Positions 51,664 through 62,138 of a DNA stretch of 64,000 nucleotides are shown here, piece after piece (position 1 is the first letter of the stretch; the number at the start of each line of letters is the position of its first letter). The position numbers and the translations under genes were made by a program. The notes beneath the pieces were generated by a model. That model was not told where the DNA came from, did no database searches, and worked only from the letters and a program-made list of their open reading frames with translations. This stretch comes from Phycisphaerae bacterium. GTDB lineage: Bacteria > Planctomycetota > Phycisphaerae > UBA1845. Location of the stretch: positions 128,001 to 192,000 of the forward strand of contig CAXXGO010000005.1 of the NCBI GenBank assembly GCA_963666835.2, given 5' to 3'.

Positions 51664-51803
51664 CGCATCGGCCTGTTCTTTGCCCGCGAAACCGACCTTT
51701 ACTGTAACCGCGTCCGCTATTACGATCCGCTGTTGAACTGTATTCTGAAGGCGGATCCGAACGGGAAGGGGATGGTGCCGGTGGATGGACTGGCCATGAA
51801 TGG
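51664..51803 (+). pseudogene. Degenerate Rhs core-end relic
   Basis: RIGLFFARETDLYCNRVRYYDPLLNCILKADPNGKG versus [36 protein letters not shown] at ~4455-4562. Confidence 0.8.
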
Positions 51804-51842
51804 AGGGACTCGGAGTCGGAATGAAGCGTCGGAGGCACGTAC

Positions 51843-52250
51843 ATGTCAGCACGAGATGTCGGACCACGTATTCGCTGTCCGTCATGTAGCTTCTCTCTTA
51901 CGGAGAAGGAGCAGGTCGCCCGCGTTTGCGACAATTGTGGCAGGGTATTGGATGAGGAGTATCTTCGGATCAGCCGAGAAGACCTGGGAAGAAAGGAGCT
52001 TCGTGAGAAGCGAGTGATTCTCCTGCAACATGCTGTCGGTGGGCTTGGTATGATTATGATTGTGCTGGGGGTAGCCGCGGTCATTGCGAACAGGTCAAAC
52101 TGGTCGTGGATGACGAGACGGGGCCTCGGTTTCATCGTCCTCACCGGGGTTGTTATTGCCTGGCGATGGCGTGAGCGTGAACCGATGTGGCCTGTTCTTC
52201 TTCTGCTCGGGATCTTCTGGCTTGTGATGGCGTTGTTGTGGGGATTCTGA
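51843..52250 (+). CDS. Zn-ribbon multi-TM protein
   Basis: CPSCSFSL..CDNCG followed by three hydrophobic segments. Confidence 0.65.
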   Translation: MSARDVGPRIRCPSCSFSLTEKEQVARVCDNCGRVLDEEYLRISREDLGRKELREKRVILLQHAVGGLGMIMIVLGVAAVIANRSNWSWMTRRGLGFIVLTGVVIAWRWREREPMWPVLLLLGIFWLVMALLWGF

Positions 52251-52429
52251 TGCGGTGGCACGACGGGGGGAAGAAGGAGGAGAGGGCCGGGATCTGTTTC
52301 GCGGCACGCGCCCGCCTTGTGTAGAACAACTTGCGTACAAACGTCGCAGGCTAAGACAGGGACAGAGGAGAATAGGAGAGAAAGACCTCCTTTTTGGGTC
52401 CCGACGATGCGAAAACCGCGCTACAAACG

Positions 52430-52804
52430 CTAACGAGTGCGTTTAGTATCTGTAAGCTGTACATACAAGGTCTCCAGTTCCCCGTCGCCAGTTAGCACGT
52501 ATGCGACGTGCATGTAGTGTGTCTTTCCGTTGCCGAGCGGGACCACCACTCGATAATCGCCCGGTCCTTCTTCCGTGATCAGACAATCCGTACGGGTCGA
52601 TGCTTCGAGGTACGGCTCCACTTCGATAAGAGACGCGGCGTAGCGCCCATTCTCGGCCTTATACGCCGCAACCGCGTCACGGATGATCCCGGTATGCCAA
52701 TGCCGGACATTGCTTTCAATGTCAGGCACCAGGATCCACGCAGCAACGCAAAGGAGCACGGCTGCGCAGGAGTGCATCGCAAGTCTCCGTCTTGGAGTTG
52801 TCAT
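52430..52804 (-). CDS. Small membrane-anchored protein
   Basis: N-terminal TM; AVAAYKAENGRYAASL; ATGA overlap with the upstream gene. Confidence 0.55.
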   Translation of the reverse strand: MTTPRRRLAMHSCAAVLLCVAAWILVPDIESNVRHWHTGIIRDAVAAYKAENGRYAASLIEVEPYLEASTRTDCLITEEGPGDYRVVVPLGNGKTHYMHVAYVLTGDGELETLYVQLTDTKRTR

Positions 52805-53205
52805 AGCTGTCTGCTTTCGGCATCGAAGGCCCCCTGATTCTGCTTCTCTTGCAAGCATACCGTCCGCCGGCGTAACCTCCGCTCGACGGGCAAGAGCAAG
52901 CAAGCCAGGATCCCCGACCCGAGCATGACGAGCAGCACGGGAAACTGCAAGCAGAATCGCCCATCATTCAACTCCAACCGAAAGCTGCTATCCACATTGT
53001 CCCAAGCAATACTCGACCCTTCACTAAGGCCTCCATAGAGCCGAAAGGCCATCCCGCTACATCCGACTTCCCAGCCTTCGGCCAGGTCGATGCTCCATCG
53101 TCCTCCCGTGGTCATGACGACAACAACGTGAAACAACAGCGCACCACTCACAATGGTCGCAAGCCACCTCATCCGGCGGACGAATCGTACACGCTTGAGC
53201 ACCAT
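52801..53205 (-). CDS. Two-TM hypothetical protein
   Basis: GGAG RBS, two hydrophobic segments. Confidence 0.55.
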   Translation of the reverse strand: MVLKRVRFVRRMRWLATIVSGALLFHVVVVMTTGGRWSIDLAEGWEVGCSGMAFRLYGGLSEGSSIAWDNVDSSFRLELNDGRFCLQFPVLLVMLGSGILACLLLPVERRLRRRTVCLQEKQNQGAFDAESRQL

Positions 53206-53217
53206 GCCGTCTCTCTC

Positions 53218-54234
53218 CTACGGTTTGTCAGGGGCCTTTTCAGTGGATGATTGCCGCTCCTTCTTCTCCTTTGCCCGGAAGAGCTGTTCGTCTATCTTGT
53301 AACGAAGTTCCGCAACCTCCTGTGACGAAACGTCGGTTTGCGGATAACGCGCGATCGCTGTTTCCAGCACCTCGCGGGCACGCTGTGCATCATCGAGGCG
53401 AGTCAGCGACTTCACCGCCTGGAACAGCAGATTGTCTGCCAGCGGAAACGACTCGTGCTCATTGGCGAACTTCAGGGCGCGTTCGACCGCCGGCGTCCCC
53501 TCTTCCACGTCCTTCGTTCTCATCGCATAGAACGTGTCCCAGTAATCGACCCACAGCGAGAAGACTGAGTTCGGGCATTCCTCCCTGATGTACCGGAGCT
53601 TCCGCCGCACCTCGTCCGGGTCGCCGCCGCACGCCCAGGTAGCATCCGGCCCGGGTGTGCGGGAGACACCCTGCGCGTAGTATGGCACCTTGGGCAGTAT
53701 TTCCAAGACGCGGGCATCCTCTCCTTGTGCCTCAGCCACCGTCAGCTCAAACGGCTCCGATTGGACCACCGGAGGACAACGCAGCGCCCCGTAGACCCGA
53801 TATCGCCCCGGTGGCAGGAAGTGCGGTCCATTGGTCACACCTTGCCCATCTCCGCCTGCGAGGCCCTGCAGACACATCACATGATCCGTCTCTAGGCGTG
53901 CCCCCGGAGGGAACGGAGCTCCTGGAGCTCGAGCGCCGTCACCAGCGAGAAGGCGCAAGGGTTTGAGAGTATGCTCCCGTCCTTGCGCGTCGACCGCATA
54001 GAGCGTGAACAGGTCATAGGCCTTCATGCTGCTCCCGCGCTTGAAGTACATATGCCGGGTTGCGTCGCCACGGTTCTCCAGAACGATCCGAAGAACAAGT
54101 GGGCCGCCTTGCACCACAGTGTTCTCATACGGGCGGACCGCGAGATTCAAACCTCCACTATCCCCGCCAATCGGCGGGGCACTCCACAGTGTTGCCGATA
54201 GCAGCGTAATCATTCCGTAACTTAACATCGCCAC
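53218..54234 (-). CDS. Secreted Ig-like + TPR-like partner protein (paralog 5)
   Basis: Signal peptide; GGPLVLRIVLEN, FLPPGRY, SEPFELTV, EECPNSVFS, RYPQT. Confidence 0.75.
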   Translation of the reverse strand: MAMLSYGMITLLSATLWSAPPIGGDSGGLNLAVRPYENTVVQGGPLVLRIVLENRGDATRHMYFKRGSSMKAYDLFTLYAVDAQGREHTLKPLRLLAGDGARAPGAPFPPGARLETDHVMCLQGLAGGDGQGVTNGPHFLPPGRYRVYGALRCPPVVQSEPFELTVAEAQGEDARVLEILPKVPYYAQGVSRTPGPDATWACGGDPDEVRRKLRYIREECPNSVFSLWVDYWDTFYAMRTKDVEEGTPAVERALKFANEHESFPLADNLLFQAVKSLTRLDDAQRAREVLETAIARYPQTDVSSQEVAELRYKIDEQLFRAKEKKERQSSTEKAPDKP

Positions 54235-54337
54235 GCGCCTGCCTTCCTACATCGCCGATGTTGATTCCTTACTCCTGCTGGGTCTCTCCGGCACTTAGCA
54301 TCTCCTGCGGACAATCCTGCAACACACCTCGCAAGAT

Positions 54338-54386
54338 CCACCAGGCAGCACCGAACGGAATCACCCGCTCGGTGCCGCGGGGTGGC
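54338..54386 (-). repeat. Hairpin repeat, copy 3
   Basis: GCACCGAACGGAATCACCCGCTCGGTGCCGCGGGGTGGCA matches the copies at 57 kb and 61 kb. Confidence 0.8.
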
Positions 54387-54514
54387 ATTGGATCAGCAAC
54401 CATGTCCAACAATAGCGGCGTACGTTCCTGCCGTATCCGAGCCGGCGGGCGAGGAAGTACCCGCTCGACGGCAGATCCCCTCAACAAATACTCCCGACCC
54501 ACTCCCCGCCTCGG

Positions 54515-55462
54515 TCATCCGCTGATACCCCACGTCTTCAGCGCGGAAGCAGCCCTTGGACCGTAGTCCAAGGAGTACGGAGACTGCTCGACTCGCTCCA
54601 GGAGGCCCTTCGCCTTTCGCCGAATGCTTGCCGCCTCGGAAGAGGGTTTGTCCTGCTGACGCTTCAGTAGGTCGAGCTCCACAAGGGCGAGCGTGTAAGC
54701 CGCATTGGCCTCGGATTGCGAACGGACCTCGCCGCCGCAGTACGGCTCGTAGTACCGCCGCGCTACCGCTACGCGCTCGCGTAGGAGGTCATCGATGTCC
54801 ACGCCGGGGCCGCCGCGCAGTGCCGCCAGCTTCACCGTACCGAGGAATACACTCAGGCGGGCGGTATAAGCGGTGTCTGGATGCCGCTGGAGCATCCGTT
54901 CCACCCGCGGAGCCAACTGCCTGGCTCGGTTGTCTGTCGGGTTGAGAATGCCAATCGCAAACTCGACGCCAAGTTCCCGAATCATCGCAAGCAGCTCCCG
55001 TTCATGATCCGTAGGCTGCTCAACGACAACGTCGACCTTTGCGCCTGGATACAGTTCCACACTATAGGCGCCTGGGGCTCCGAAGACGTATTGCCTATCC
55101 TCCGTATTCCAGTATAGCATTGCTACGACCTGGACCACGCTCGCGCCACTGTCTTCCCGCATGACGGATGATCTGTTCAAGGACGTCATGACTACCGGAT
55201 TGGCGTTGAAGCTCAAAAGGTACTCTCTCTCGTTTATCAGTATACGACTAAAGAGTTTTGTCAAAACGCTCTCCAACCCGACGTGATCCGAGTGGGATTC
55301 TATTTCCACATCCAGGACTACAAACGCGGGTTGACAGGGCTTAATGTGAACCGTCTGAGGGGATGATATGCGGACGGAACGGATCATGGACTCGCCATGA
55401 GCCACCGGTGACATCAGACAGTGTGTTACAATAATGTACGTTAGATACCGACTTCCTACCAT
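54515..55462 (-). CDS. Secreted Ig-like + TPR-like partner protein (paralog 4)
   Basis: Start overlaps the peptidase stop; YVFGAPGAY, QRHPDTAYT. Confidence 0.75.
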   Translation of the reverse strand: MVGSRYLTYIIVTHCLMSPVAHGESMIRSVRISSPQTVHIKPCQPAFVVLDVEIESHSDHVGLESVLTKLFSRILINEREYLLSFNANPVVMTSLNRSSVMREDSGASVVQVVAMLYWNTEDRQYVFGAPGAYSVELYPGAKVDVVVEQPTDHERELLAMIRELGVEFAIGILNPTDNRARQLAPRVERMLQRHPDTAYTARLSVFLGTVKLAALRGGPGVDIDDLLRERVAVARRYYEPYCGGEVRSQSEANAAYTLALVELDLLKRQQDKPSSEAASIRRKAKGLLERVEQSPYSLDYGPRAASALKTWGISG

Positions 55463-57006
55463 TTCTCTACCTCCCGAAAACGCTTCAACGTTGGACTTGT
55501 GAATGTCGTATGCACCTCCTGCAGATTGGCGGACATCAAACCGCCTTCGGCATGATGCTCTGCTTCCGTACCGGTGTTGCCAGCCGAGTGTCCGATCTCA
55601 TGGGCCAACACTTGATCCTCGAAATAATCATACTGCGGCACATCGGCGATCGTGGCCCTAAAGACAATACTGTCCCAATCGCCAATACTCCCCATCCATC
55701 CGCTTTGCTCCGTCTCGTTATACTCGGCGCCAGGCCAGAATGGCCCGGAGGGATACGTAGAGTTGTCCACCAGCGGATCGGGGTCCATATCCCGGTGGCC
55801 AGCCGCAACAACATCGCCGCCCGCCTGATACCCTGCCATGACAAAGGTCGTCCAAAACTGATTGCTCGAAAAGCGATCTTCCCGGGAGTCATTCCACCCC
55901 CAACCACTCGTCATCTGAGTCCACGTAACATAGAGATCGAACGGTATAGTCCGAGTGAGATTGTATTGTTCATCGAGCTCGACGATGTCGACGTACGCCT
56001 GGGCGAACGCGTTGCGGATGAAATCGTCTACCGTGTAGAAGTGGGGCAGGAGTGGCTCGATGGGATCATCGTCCCTCTCCACCGCCCAATGGCCTACCAG
56101 GGCATTGATCTCAGCGGCTGTAAGAACAACGTCGATATCGACCGTCGAACGCGCGTTGTTCCACACGGAATACTCCAGGCCAAGGGCCTGAAAGATCAAT
56201 GATCCCCCTTCGTATTGATGTTCACTTGCCCCTTGTGAGAACACTCCAAGGTCCAGCGTAGTGGTTGTTGCATTAGCAGTTCCTCCCGTTACATACACGC
56301 CGAACCAGTCCGGCTCCCGCTCCATCGGGTCTGTCGGTTCGCTAGTCATCGAATCGAACTCCACATGCAGCTTCCGCCAGACGGTCAGCATCTCGCTCCA
56401 GACGAGTGGGACGCTGTAGAAGGAGCCGCCGTAGGGCCCTGGATAGAAGTCGGGCGGATCACCGTCGGGAAACGAGCTGAATTCATCCGCGTGGGTCTGA
56501 GTCACTTGGTCCTCGCCGATTGCATCCTCCAGGCACGAGGCCCCGGCACGGTAGTTGTTGCCCGGCTGCATGGATACCTCGATCGTCACCACGGCTCGCC
56601 GATTGTCATCGGTTTTCGCGGCGTACGTGCCCACGGCCGGGTCCGGTTGGCCCGACGGCATGCGATTATCCGGCCCCGACTCGTCGTTGTCGATAAGCTC
56701 GACCTCGCGGACGGTGTTGACTCCCTGTGGTCCGTAGATCTGATCGAACGGATCATCCACGTCCCAGACCCTGAAGTGTACACCAATCCCAGCCACAGGC
56801 GGATGAACCGTGGCCACGAGGTTCACCTTCCGCCTGTCCGCCGCGAAGTCACCGTCGCCCGGATTCGTCAACCCCGGAAAAATCCGGCGTCCGCCGTTGA
56901 TCGGGCATCCGTCCAACTCCGGATTACCCGCCGCGGCCACCTCCCACTCGAGCCGGGTGACTTCGAAGACGAGGATCTCGAAACCTGCCCACGGCCAAGA
57001 CCGCAC
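55456..57006 (-). CDS. Headless zinc metallopeptidase cassette 3
   Basis: HEIGHSAG...HH..GGLM; N-terminal ~215 aa shared with cassette 2; no signal peptide or RBS. Confidence 0.8.
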   Translation of the reverse strand: MRSWPWAGFEILVFEVTRLEWEVAAAGNPELDGCPINGGRRIFPGLTNPGDGDFAADRRKVNLVATVHPPVAGIGVHFRVWDVDDPFDQIYGPQGVNTVREVELIDNDESGPDNRMPSGQPDPAVGTYAAKTDDNRRAVVTIEVSMQPGNNYRAGASCLEDAIGEDQVTQTHADEFSSFPDGDPPDFYPGPYGGSFYSVPLVWSEMLTVWRKLHVEFDSMTSEPTDPMEREPDWFGVYVTGGTANATTTTLDLGVFSQGASEHQYEGGSLIFQALGLEYSVWNNARSTVDIDVVLTAAEINALVGHWAVERDDDPIEPLLPHFYTVDDFIRNAFAQAYVDIVELDEQYNLTRTIPFDLYVTWTQMTSGWGWNDSREDRFSSNQFWTTFVMAGYQAGGDVVAAGHRDMDPDPLVDNSTYPSGPFWPGAEYNETEQSGWMGSIGDWDSIVFRATIADVPQYDYFEDQVLAHEIGHSAGNTGTEAEHHAEGGLMSANLQEVHTTFTSPTLKRFREVEKW

Positions 57007-57080
57007 TGCCGCAAGTTATCGCAAACCACCCGCGGCACCGAACGGAATCACCCGCCCAGTGCCGCGGGGTGGCACTAATG
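56996..57080 (-). repeat. 85-bp hairpin repeat, copy 1
   Basis: 83/85 identical to 61032-61116. Confidence 0.9.
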
Positions 57081-57986
57081 TAATGACTACGCCGGGCCGT
57101 CAAAACAACTCCCGATCCCGGTATTCGGCCCCTTTCTTCTTCGGTGCTTTTGTCTATATCTATGGACTTGACGCGCGGACCTTCTGACGCTCCGCATTCT
57201 CGAAGCGTTCCCTGACGACCGGGATCCCTTCGCGCGCCTCGTCAATGAGACCCTGAACGGTACCTTGTCCGGGAGCCGCGACCTTGGCCGCTGACAGCAA
57301 CCGCTGCGCCGCTTCGAAATCCAGAGCAATCATGCGCAAGTATCCGTGCTGATACAGCGCACGCGGTTTCAGATAATCATCCGCGTGCTCGGCAGCTAAC
57401 TCGAATGCTCGGAAAGCCCGTGCTGACTTGTCGCTCTGCATTATCAACTCGGCCCGGCGCGTTCCCTCTTCAAGGTCGTCTCGACGTTCTCCTTGCTTCC
57501 TCTCGTCCCGTAGCACATTCCTGGCATCGCCAAGGCATAACCCCGAATAACAACAGCCCGCAAAGTACGCGGCGTATGGCGCGTAACTGGATTCCGGAAA
57601 CTCCTGTGCCAAAGCCGCCAGAGAATCAGCCCAGCGCAACGCGGGTTCGAACCCGCCGCACTGCCCGACAATCGCGCCCGGCTCCCTCGCTCGTGTGGCC
57701 TCTAAGATCTCTCCGACCACCAGCAAGGCACGCCAGTCAGCACCGGCAGGACTTGCCGCCCAGGTTCGCCTTCTCTCATCGGGGAGGTTCGCGAGCGGAT
57801 CGCTCCCAAGCAAGTCTGCAAGGAAGTCCGACTCGCTAACACGTTCGATGAACGCTCGGTCCGGCTCACCGGCCGGCAGAACCGTAACGCTCCGCTCAAT
57901 TGTAAGAGGCTCGGTCTCATCGTCCTTGAATGCAACCTGCCAGCGCAGCCGGCATTCGCCCGGGTGTTCGAAAAGGAATCGCTCTT

Positions 57987-59028
57987 CCTGATTCTCTACT
58001 TGACTCCGGCGGCTAAGTACGGTATTTGTTAGGGCTTACGATTTCATGGTTCATGGAGGAGGTCGGCCATGTCTGACGAGATTCGCCCGAAGCATCCCGT
58101 GCCCAAGATCTTGGATGTAGCGTCGTTTATGCGTCGCTTCGGAGATGATGCGGCCTGTGCCGCGTATCTGCGTAAAGCTCGCTGGGGACCGAACCTGGAA
58201 CGGTTCGTCTGCCCGGACTGTGGGCATAGCCGCGGATGGTGGCTCCCGACCCGGGGGCTCGTCGAGTGCCGGGAGTGTCACCATCAGACCTCACCGACGG
58301 CCGGCACGGTGTTTCACGGTGCCCGCGTGCCGCTCTGGAAGTGGTTCTGGGCTATGTATCAAGAGGCTCACTCGAAGAAAGGCCTCGCGGCCACGGCGTT
58401 GGCCAAGCAGATCCAGGTCTGCTACCAGACTGCCTGGATGATGCTGCAGAAGCTCCGCGAGGCCATGCGTCAACGATGCCAACGTTATGTCCTGCAGGGA
58501 CTTGTGGAGGTCGACGAGACATACGTTGGCGGCCGGGAACCGGGTCGGCCGGGGCGTGGAGTGGAGAAGAAGGTCCCAGTGGGAGTGGCCGTCGAGCTTG
58601 ACGAGAACGACCGGCCTAAGCGAATCGCCATTCAGGGACTGAAAAGCGTCGACGCTCGAAGCCTGAGGGGTTTCACGACGAGACACGTAGCGAAGGGCTC
58701 ATGTCTCCGGACGGACGGATGGGGAAGTTACGTTTCAGTGGCCAAGGCCGGGTACGAGCACGAGGCAATCGTGACGGGCGGTGGGAAGAATGCGGTTCAA
58801 ATTTTCCCCTGGGTTCACACCTTCATCGGCAACCTGAAGCGGATGATTGTGGGCACATATCACAGCGTTTCGCCCAAACACCTCGACCGTTACCTGGCCG
58901 CGTTCACCTATCGGGCCAACCGTCGCTGGATGGAAGCAAAACTCTTCGATCGCCTTGTTATCGCGGCCGTAGCTGCCAAACCACTGACATTAAAGGAGTT
59001 AACCACCGGAGCGAGGTAGAGAATCAGG
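57987..59028 (+). mobile_element. IS1595-family insertion sequence, copy 2 (1042 bp)
   Basis: Same IRs as copy 1; TSD TCGCTCTT at 57979-57986 and 59029-59036. Confidence 0.95.
58069..59019 (+). CDS. IS1595-family transposase
   Basis: Same protein as 552-1502 except GHSRG versus GHNRG. Confidence 0.93.
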   Translation: MSDEIRPKHPVPKILDVASFMRRFGDDAACAAYLRKARWGPNLERFVCPDCGHSRGWWLPTRGLVECRECHHQTSPTAGTVFHGARVPLWKWFWAMYQEAHSKKGLAATALAKQIQVCYQTAWMMLQKLREAMRQRCQRYVLQGLVEVDETYVGGREPGRPGRGVEKKVPVGVAVELDENDRPKRIAIQGLKSVDARSLRGFTTRHVAKGSCLRTDGWGSYVSVAKAGYEHEAIVTGGGKNAVQIFPWVHTFIGNLKRMIVGTYHSVSPKHLDRYLAAFTYRANRRWMEAKLFDRLVIAAVAAKPLTLKELTTGAR

Positions 59029-59374
59029 TCGCTCTTTTCCTACACCCCAATGTGCCGCAAGCGGCGTCAAAACGATCGTCTTCTCCTCAGAGTACGCTAT
59101 TGATCCGAGAAACTCGCCCGTTCGGTCGGGATCGGTATCAGCGAATTCATACTTCTCCCCGTCGGTGCTTGTCCAAAGCGACACATTCCTGACTTCACCG
59201 CGGTTCGGGAAAGCCATCCTCTGTACGATACAGCTCTTCGAACCTACCGTATTCTCCACCTGTGCATTTGGCTCGGTGGCAGCGGCATTGTATGCCGGTG
59301 CAAACGTCAGAGAAACCACCACAGCCAAACACCGTACCGTAAGTTGTTTCGCGTGCATTATCATATCTCTCAGA

Positions 59375-61042
59375 TTAAGGTCCACAGTAGTTTCTAAGTC
59401 TGTTGAGGCTCTCGCCAGCGAAGGGCAAGTCCTGCCCTGGGCCCTTCGGGTCCATCAGTCCGACCGGCGGACCTTCGCCCTCGTAGGTGTGCGGAAGCCC
59501 AAGTGTATGCCCGACCTCGTGAGCCACGGTGAAACGCTCCTGGCGTTCTGATTCCGCAGGGCCCAGCGATATTGCCTTGAAGACGACGGCTAGCCCGGTG
59601 GCGGAATCCGGTAGCAGCACGTGCGCCTTTGTGTTACCGTCAGGGTGACTACAAATGCCGAGTGTTGTCCCAGGATCTGCCAGCTCTGAATCTGGGTCGC
59701 CATCCTGGTTTGCCTCAGCTTGCCATGCGGACACGACCATCACAGTCCAGTACGCAGAAGTAGACTTGGGTAAGTCTCTGACTCCCGGAGCCGTTACGTC
59801 ATCCCAGAGGTCCTTGCCATAGAAATCAGTGACCCCAAAGCCCTGGTTTCGCCGAAACGGAAGACTACCCAAAGCGCTCAAACCGCTCTCATGCACGGGA
59901 TGGATGAAGGCAGATCGATAGCGAACCTCGAGAGCACTCAGATCCGGAGGTTCAAGTGCGCCTGGCCCACCGGTGTACAGGCCGTCACATCCCCATACTT
60001 GGGCCGCGAATGTCCCCTCCTCCGACAGATCGTCATCACTGAGCACAGCCTTGCCGCTTTGCACACCTTGCAGACAAGCCAGGCCGCTTATACCGCCACC
60101 GCAGTCAGGGATATTGATAGTTACTTCGTCTTTGAAGTCCAGGTCGTCGATGATCCCCTCATCGGTGGTGTAGTCGACGATGCGCCCGACGACCAGTGGG
60201 TTTCCGGCCGAGTCGCTGACTTCGGCATAACCATGCAGAAACTGTTGGTCATCCGTATCCGAATCGTCCGCCGGCGGATCATCCACTTCGAATCGCACTT
60301 GCGTGGACACCGGTCCCTGCTCTGGCTCGCTCCAGTCCATTTCGAACGTATTCTGTCCGAACGTTGGTCGCATCATGCTATCCGTCTCCACGTGCAGCTT
60401 CCGCCAGACCGTCAGCATCTTGCTCCAATATAGTGGGGTCCGGTAGCTGAACGCGTTGCCGCCTCTGTGGAACTTCGGCGGATCGCCGTGGAGCGATGTG
60501 CAGAGTTCGTCGGCGTGGGTCTGGGTCACCTGGGGTTCGCCGATTGCATCCTCCAGGCACGAGGCCCCGGCACGGTAGTTGTTGCCCGGCTGCATGGATA
60601 CCTCAATCGTGACCACGGCACGCCCATTATCATCCGTTTGCGCGGCGTATCTGCCCACGGCCGGGTCCGGCTCGCCCGACGGCATGCGATTGTCCGGCCC
60701 CGACTCGTCGTTGTCGATAAGCTCGACGCCCGCAACCGGCTGCACACCGTCGCCGGGCGCACCGTTCGGGCCGTAGACCTGATCGAACGGATCATCCACG
60801 TCCCAGACCCTGAAGTATACCCAGATGTCTCGCTGCGGCGGCTCGACGTACGCCGCGAGCTTCACCTTCCTCCGGATCACCCCCAACTGGTCGCCCGGAT
60901 GCGTCAACCCCGGGAAGATCCGCTTGCCGTGGTTGATCGGACATCCGTCCAACTCCGGATTACCGGCCGCGGCTACCTCCGACTCTAGCCGGGTGACCTC
61001 GAAGACGAGGATCGGGACGCTTGCCGACCGGCAAGACCGCAC
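59375..61042 (-). CDS. Headless zinc metallopeptidase cassette 2
   Basis: HEVGHTLGLPH...GLM metzincin motif; shared N-terminal block ending TVWRKLHVExDSM. Confidence 0.85.
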   Translation of the reverse strand: MRSCRSASVPILVFEVTRLESEVAAAGNPELDGCPINHGKRIFPGLTHPGDQLGVIRRKVKLAAYVEPPQRDIWVYFRVWDVDDPFDQVYGPNGAPGDGVQPVAGVELIDNDESGPDNRMPSGEPDPAVGRYAAQTDDNGRAVVTIEVSMQPGNNYRAGASCLEDAIGEPQVTQTHADELCTSLHGDPPKFHRGGNAFSYRTPLYWSKMLTVWRKLHVETDSMMRPTFGQNTFEMDWSEPEQGPVSTQVRFEVDDPPADDSDTDDQQFLHGYAEVSDSAGNPLVVGRIVDYTTDEGIIDDLDFKDEVTINIPDCGGGISGLACLQGVQSGKAVLSDDDLSEEGTFAAQVWGCDGLYTGGPGALEPPDLSALEVRYRSAFIHPVHESGLSALGSLPFRRNQGFGVTDFYGKDLWDDVTAPGVRDLPKSTSAYWTVMVVSAWQAEANQDGDPDSELADPGTTLGICSHPDGNTKAHVLLPDSATGLAVVFKAISLGPAESERQERFTVAHEVGHTLGLPHTYEGEGPPVGLMDPKGPGQDLPFAGESLNRLRNYCGP

Positions 61043-61116
61043 TGCCGCAAGTTACCGCAAACCACCCGCGGCACCGAACGGAATCACCCGTCCAGTGCCG
61101 CGGGGTGGCACTAATG
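61032..61116 (-). repeat. 85-bp hairpin repeat, copy 2
   Basis: 83/85 identical to 56996-57080. Confidence 0.9.
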
Positions 61117-61190
61117 CCTTAAGTGTGGTCGGCCTTCAGGTATATCTCTTATTCAGCCAAACCGCCCGCGCAGTCATGCTTCGTGCAACA

Positions 61191-62138
61191 CTATCGTTCT
61201 TCTGTCTGGCGGGTCTCCTTCAGTAGTTGCGCCGCTTTCTGAGCAGACTTACTATTCGGAAATTCCGATATGAGAGTCTGCGCCACCCGGCGCGAGTCCG
61301 CAATATCGTCGGCGAGCGCATAAGCGACAGCCAGATCAAGGAGGGCTTTCTCTCGAAGCGGATGCCAGCCATCGAAAACAGATGCCGCCTTCCTCAGCTC
61401 CGTGGCAACTGGTGCCCATACCCGTGGATCGGCTCCGCTGTTATGCGCCGCAAAGGTGGTCTTGTATTGCATCAATGCAAGGGATACGATTGCGTACTCA
61501 CCGTATGGGGTGTCGGGGAACTCGCGAGCGAGATGATCAAAACGTCGAAGTGTCTCCTCGCTTCCCTCATGTTCGAGAATCGCAGTCAGCGCAACCGGAA
61601 AGCTGCTGCGAAAAAACTCCGCAGCCTCTCGCCGGGTCTTCCCCGGGTTGCGAACCGTGATCGCGATGGGGTTGGACTCGAGACCGTATTCGCGGTCGCG
61701 TACGAGCAAGGTGTACGCGCCCGTGTGCTCCGAGTGTACAAAATCCCCTCCACGATCACGCTCTTGGGGGAATGCAAGGCCCGATGTCGTGAATTCGCTG
61801 GCTGGTCCGTCAGTCGGCACGAACTCCGCGCCGCACAGCAGGCCTTTGCACACCATCTTGTTGTTTGGATCTTGAAGCACGATATCAAAACGTCGACGTA
61901 GCCTGCGCAGTTGCCTGGCGGCCTCGCGGGGATCATCTGCACCCGGACGGAACGGTTCCTCCAGATGTACAGTGACCTCAACGGCAAGTGGTTCGTATAG
62001 CAGGAAGCTCTCTTTACAGACGTTTGCCGTCAGCGAATCACCGTTGGCATGCGGTGCTATGAGCGTCAAACAGAAAACCAACGTGAGTCCGAAATTCAGT
62101 GGTCCAATCGACCTTACGCACATAATGTTAAACTCCAA
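61191..62138 (-). CDS. Secreted Ig-like + TPR-like partner protein (paralog 2)
   Basis: Signal peptide; YEPLAVEVTV, HTGAY, SNPIAITV, LAREFPDTPYGEYA. Confidence 0.75.
   Translation of the reverse strand: MEFNIMCVRSIGPLNFGLTLVFCLTLIAPHANGDSLTANVCKESFLLYEPLAVEVTVHLEEPFRPGADDPREAARQLRRLRRRFDIVLQDPNNKMVCKGLLCGAEFVPTDGPASEFTTSGLAFPQERDRGGDFVHSEHTGAYTLLVRDREYGLESNPIAITVRNPGKTRREAAEFFRSSFPVALTAILEHEGSEETLRRFDHLAREFPDTPYGEYAIVSLALMQYKTTFAAHNSGADPRVWAPVATELRKAASVFDGWHPLREKALLDLAVAYALADDIADSRRVAQTLISEFPNSKSAQKAAQLLKETRQTEER

Larger units (their letters stand above)
57160..59385 (-). pseudogene. Secreted Ig-like + TPR-like partner protein (paralog 3) split by IS1595
   Basis: The empty site restores ...HWGVGKER-FLFEHPGECRLRW...LLGSDPLAN... 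in frame; LAQEFPESSYAPYA. Confidence 0.85.

Noticed and set aside
54338..61116. Canonical integron attC sites
   Set aside because: No clear RYYYAAC...GTTRRRY ends and no intI in the window; kept only as an unclassified hairpin.
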